Positions 46,855 to 50,330 of a stretch of DNA of 50,330 bases are shown one piece after another. The notes under the pieces are model-generated. The model had not been told where the DNA came from. It made no database searches and saw only the letters and a list, made by a program, of their open reading frames with translations. Position 1 is the first letter of the stretch. The number at the start of each line of letters is the position of its first letter. The position numbers and the translations under genes were made by a program. Source of the stretch: Gammaproteobacteria bacterium. GTDB lineage: Bacteria; Pseudomonadota; Gammaproteobacteria; Steroidobacterales; UBA11654. Location: the NCBI GenBank assembly GCA_963578425.1, contig CAUZCF010000001.1:1-50330 (forward strand), written 5' to 3'.

Positions 46855-47988
46855 TTATTGAAAAATACTCTTTATTTGCTCTTTTTGTTCTATTGCATCT
46901 TGAAAACCCAGTTCGATTAATTCCTGAGTGAACGAGGATTCAAACAATAAAAAACTTAACAACTCAGACTGACTTTTATTGTTTAAACCTAACCCTCTTA
47001 AAAGTAGCTTGATTGAATAAGGTAGTTCACTGAAATGTCCTTCAGCAATGAGGTTAATATCCTTTGAGGGTGAAATAATACAATAATCCAGATGTTTCAT
47101 TTGCTTTGATGCAGTATTGATTGGACCATTACCAGAATGTTTGATAATTTGGTTAATACGGTCCAGGCGTTCTAAATCTGATAAAAGCCCACTAGAGAAT
47201 AATGCATCGAGCATATAGCCTCCTATCTCTCCTATTGAAGGATGATCTCTTTCATCGGTATCAGGATTTTTCTTATTATTATCTGTGGTGATGATTAATA
47301 ATTTTTCAGCTCCTAGACGAATTGCTGGTGACAATGGCGTGGCATGACGCATGGCTCCATCACCGAAGAATTCATTATCAATTTTCACTGCTGGGAAAAT
47401 TAAAGGCAGCGCCACGCTGGCCATCAGATGATCAGTAGTGGCTCTCGATTCTATGCCCTTTCTTCTGAACTTCTCCCAATTAATATTTTTTTTATTGGAT
47501 TGGAAGAATGTTATTGATTTTCTGGAACTATAACCAGCTGCCGTTATAGCAAAAGCCTCCAGATTGCCCTCATCGATATTTGATCTTATATGATCAAGAT
47601 TGATGCTTTCAGATAAAAGGTTTCTTAACGGTGAATTATTGAGCAATGACTTTGGATTCTTGACTAAGGTTCCTCCGGAAACAATAGTAACTAGCCAGTG
47701 TAAACTGCTTTTAAACATTGTTAGGCTATCTGTTTTATATACTCTATTGGTTTTAAAGTTACTCCAAATATCATTCAGTAAATCAACCGCATCAATAAAA
47801 GAGTCTGCTTTTGATGCTATGACGCTTGCATTAATAGCCCCGACTGATGTGCCACTGATGGTACTAAAAGGATTTTTAACTCTATCTGGCAGAATTTCAT
47901 TAATCCCTTTTAATACGCCAATTTGATAAGCACCTCTTGCGCCTCCACCAGGGAGAACCAAACCCATTTTATTTTCGAATATGTTCAT
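46855..47988 (-). CDS. patatin-like phospholipase
   Basis: Oxyanion motif GGGARGAYQIGVL, nucleophile elbow GTSVGA (GxSxG) and a DGA-type catalytic Asp (FGDGAM). Confidence 0.85.
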   Translation of the reverse strand: MNIFENKMGLVLPGGGARGAYQIGVLKGINEILPDRVKNPFSTISGTSVGAINASVIASKADSFIDAVDLLNDIWSNFKTNRVYKTDSLTMFKSSLHWLVTIVSGGTLVKNPKSLLNNSPLRNLLSESINLDHIRSNIDEGNLEAFAITAAGYSSRKSITFFQSNKKNINWEKFRRKGIESRATTDHLMASVALPLIFPAVKIDNEFFGDGAMRHATPLSPAIRLGAEKLLIITTDNNKKNPDTDERDHPSIGEIGGYMLDALFSSGLLSDLERLDRINQIIKHSGNGPINTASKQMKHLDYCIISPSKDINLIAEGHFSELPYSIKLLLRGLGLNNKSQSELLSFLLFESSFTQELIELGFQDAIEQKEQIKSIFQ

Positions 47989-48046
47989 AAGTAGATATTA
48001 ACAATAATACCTATTGGTTAATGTAGAATAAGTTTAATTTTTAATT

Positions 48047-48601
48047 ATGGTGAAAATTATGAATAAGGCAATTACATCTTTTGTATTAGGACTGAGTTTG
48101 GTTTCATTGGTTGGCTACACAAGCGTTGTTTCAGGATCAGATCTCAATGCGGGCGATTTAGCTCCAAATTTCAATCTTCAAGATCAGAACGGTGAATGGC
48201 ATAGTTTGGAAGATTATAAAGGGCAGTATGTTGTTTTATTCTTCTACCCCAAAGACGGTACACCAGGATGTACGACTGAAGCGTGCAGCTTTAGAGACAA
48301 TATTTTTGAATTTAAATCACTGAACACCCAAATACTAGGGGTCAGCCTTGATGATGTTGAATCACATCAAGAATTCAGTGAAAAATATAGTCTCCCCTAT
48401 CCTATTCTCGCAGATGTTAATGAAAGCTGTGCTGACGATTACGGCGTGCTTGGGAAATTTATGATGATGACCATGGCTAAAAGACAATCTTTTATTATTG
48501 ATCCACAAGGCAAAATTTTAAAGCGTTACAGCAAGGTTGATCCCGATAGTCATACCAGCGAAGTTATTGAAGATCTAAAGAGCTTTAGAGAAAATATCTA
48601 G
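48047..48601 (+). CDS. bcp: peroxiredoxin, Bcp/PrxQ type, with N-terminal signal peptide
   Basis: FFYPKDGTPGCTTEAC peroxidatic Cys motif. N-terminus MNKAITSFVLGLSLVSLVGYTSVVSG. The start is ATG 48047 or ATG 48059. Confidence 0.8.
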   Translation: MVKIMNKAITSFVLGLSLVSLVGYTSVVSGSDLNAGDLAPNFNLQDQNGEWHSLEDYKGQYVVLFFYPKDGTPGCTTEACSFRDNIFEFKSLNTQILGVSLDDVESHQEFSEKYSLPYPILADVNESCADDYGVLGKFMMMTMAKRQSFIIDPQGKILKRYSKVDPDSHTSEVIEDLKSFRENI

Positions 48602-49794
48602 TCAAACACTGATGTAGCCTTAGACTCAATCATTTGCTTGATTGTTTCTTCATCAATCCCTGCCTCTGCTAAAATTTCTAAGCTGTGCTCGCCAAAATTT
48701 GGTGCGTGTTTGCGAATTGTGGCTGGAGTTTCTGAAAATTTTACTGGAAAACCTGGCATCTTTAATTTGCCTTCCGTGGGGTGATCAAAATCTTGCCAAA
48801 AACCAACCGCTTCTAGATGTGGATCAGTAAATAAATCATCAAGACTGTTCACAACAATGACAGGCACCTTGGTATCAGTAAAAATATCTAACCATTCCTG
48901 AGTTGTTTTTGTTGCCAGAATCTTTCCTGTCTCTGAATAGGTGTCATCAATGTTTTCAACTCTAGAAGAGAGGTTCTTAAATCGATCATCTTCAATCAAA
49001 TCTTGTCTTTCTGCTTTTTCACAAAAAGTCTTCCAATGATTATTCATATAAGGTAATACAGCAATATAGCCGTCTTTAGTTTTATACGGTTTTCGATGAT
49101 GAGACATTAGGCGAGTGTAACCAGCTTTACCCAATGGTGGTTCAAAAATCTCTCCCCATATGTGTTCAGCCATCACAAATGAGACCATGGTCTCAAACAT
49201 TGGTACTTCAATTTCTTGACCACTGCCTGCTCGTTCACGGTGAAACAGGGCTGCCAGTATTGAATAGACAACTGTTATTGCTGTGGTTTTATCAGCAACC
49301 ACGGTAGGTAAATATCTAGGTTCACCGAGCACCAATTCATTCAAAGCGGCAATGCCACTAGCAGCTTGTATAGAGTCATCGAGCGCACCCTTTTCTCCGT
49401 ATGGCCCATCCTTGCTGTAACCATAAGTACCGCAATAAATGATATTCTCATTGACTGATTTGATATCGTTATATTCTAGTTTAAGTTTGGTCATAACTTG
49501 AGGTCGATTATTATGCAGAAAAACATCACAGTCCTTAACGATAGCTAACAAAGCATCGCGTGCACTTGACTGCTTTAGATCAAGAACTAAACTTCTCTTG
49601 TTTCTATTGTTTGAGAGATAAAGAGCCGCCATATTTGGATTACGTGAAGCCCCCAGTTGTCGATTACTGTCACCAAACGGTGCCTCAACTTTAATAACTT
49701 CAGCACCCATATCTGCAAGGATTTGAGCAGCCCAAGGCCCCAATACAACACTGGTTAGCTCTATTATTTTAAGGCCTTTTAAGGGTCCTGACAT
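48598..49794 (-). CDS. family III CoA-transferase (CaiB/BaiF)
   Basis: 398 aa. N-terminus GPLKGLKIIELTSVVLGPWAAQILADMGAEVIKVE is typical of the family. Substrate unknown. Confidence 0.85.
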   Translation of the reverse strand: MSGPLKGLKIIELTSVVLGPWAAQILADMGAEVIKVEAPFGDSNRQLGASRNPNMAALYLSNNRNKRSLVLDLKQSSARDALLAIVKDCDVFLHNNRPQVMTKLKLEYNDIKSVNENIIYCGTYGYSKDGPYGEKGALDDSIQAASGIAALNELVLGEPRYLPTVVADKTTAITVVYSILAALFHRERAGSGQEIEVPMFETMVSFVMAEHIWGEIFEPPLGKAGYTRLMSHHRKPYKTKDGYIAVLPYMNNHWKTFCEKAERQDLIEDDRFKNLSSRVENIDDTYSETGKILATKTTQEWLDIFTDTKVPVIVVNSLDDLFTDPHLEAVGFWQDFDHPTEGKLKMPGFPVKFSETPATIRKHAPNFGEHSLEILAEAGIDEETIKQMIESKATSVFD

Positions 49795-49837
49795 AATGTA
49801 ATATTGGGTTATAAAATACCCAGAATATAATACCTAT

Positions 49838-50330
49838 TTAATCGTGATCATGGTCGTGATCATGATAATGAGGATACTCAAAATCAGTAAAGTGATTATG
49901 CCCATCAGGTGATTGAATCCATTTATACAAAGACGGTCTCAAACGTCTGAGTCTAGCTGCTGCCCTATCTGCATTCTCCTTAGGGTTTGACCAAGGGTTA
50001 TGATGAAAATAGTTATGAAGATGAGCATCGGTTCGCCCGATTGCAATAATGCCATTTTTGCTAGCAAAAGCACCATGGTTAATATAAGGCGGTCTCCAGA
50101 AATACCCTCCTGTTGGTAAATCACCAAATTGCATCATCCATGACGTCCCCCAAATATGATAGGACTCTTCACAACAGTCATGATATGAAATATTGTCTTG
50201 GTGGAACCCTGGTGTCATGCAATACAAGAAAGTATGTGCTTCTGTGTGTAAGTCATATTTTAAAAGTTTTAACATGCAACCGGATGCAACCGAGGGAACA
50301 ATTCTATTACCAGGCATCCAATGAATATCT
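49838..50330 (-). CDS. cupin-like protein with C-terminal His/Asp repeat tail, N-terminus beyond the window
   Basis: The frame is open to the window end; the track starts it at ATG 50317. His/Glu/Gly spacing (YHDCCEESYHIWG ... GGYFWRPPYINHG) is cupin-like. Ends ...PHYHDHDHDHD. The family call is weak. Confidence 0.45.
   Translation of the reverse strand, partial: DIHWMPGNRIVPSVASGCMLKLLKYDLHTEAHTFLYCMTPGFHQDNISYHDCCEESYHIWGTSWMMQFGDLPTGGYFWRPPYINHGAFASKNGIIAIGRTDAHLHNYFHHNPWSNPKENADRAAARLRRLRPSLYKWIQSPDGHNHFTDFEYPHYHDHDHDHD

Noticed and set aside
1-50330. Search for CRISPR arrays, IS elements or transposases, integrases, prophage genes, tRNA/rRNA genes and toxin-antitoxin pairs
   Set aside because: None seen. 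Every ORF over ~90 aa not overlapping a stronger gene is accounted for. Intergenic regions are too short for arrays or tRNAs, and none show cloverleaf-like or spaced-repeat structure.

Overview
This is an AT-rich, very gene-dense chromosomal window. Hand-counted 60-nt samples give about 28-45% G+C. Intergenic gaps are mostly under 100 nt, and many genes overlap by 1-31 nt. The gene order looks gammaproteobacterial. I saw no rRNA, tRNA, CRISPR array, transposase or integrase.

The left ~11.3 kb looks accessory. It holds an acetoacetyl-CoA synthetase followed by membrane or exported enzymes: a Tat-signal protein with an MFS transporter, a membrane-anchored paraoxonase (PON)-family lactonase homolog, an unknown helical protein, a signal-bearing SDR, a small secreted protein with clearly foreign (~49% G+C) composition, a Tat-signal flavin amine oxidase, and an FG-GAP/ASPIC-UnbV lipoprotein.

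The remaining ~39 kb is housekeeping: cyoE, aspS, DUF502, fmdB-like, rluD, bamD, sucCD, coaE, zapD, mutT, secA, a DUF721/DciA-like gene, lpxC, the dcw cluster, RNase P RNA, rsmI, sspA, petCBA, murA, ibaG, kdsD, lptC, lptB, mgtE, a patatin-like lipase, bcp, a family III CoA-transferase and a cupin-like fragment. As far as I recall, this backbone is collinear with the Pseudomonas-type secA-lpxC-dcw-rnpB-rsmI-sspA-pet-murA-ibaG / kdsD-lpt arrangement, but heavily contracted.

The main findings are:
- ftsZ is not between ftsA and lpxC. It sits as the second gene of the operon, between mraZ and rsmH, directly behind a sigma70-like promoter with AAGTGG direct repeats that resemble MraZ boxes.
- All four Mur ligase genes (murE, murF, murD, murC) are absent from the cluster, and the junctions are seamless.
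- lptA and kdsC are absent from the lpt locus, rpoN-hpf-ptsN are absent after lptB, and the mla operon is absent next to ibaG.
- A bacterial PON homolog keeps every catalytic-site and disulfide residue I can align by eye.
- A compositionally foreign small secreted-protein gene lies inside the exported-enzyme block.

All family assignments come from motif recognition by eye. No database search was possible.
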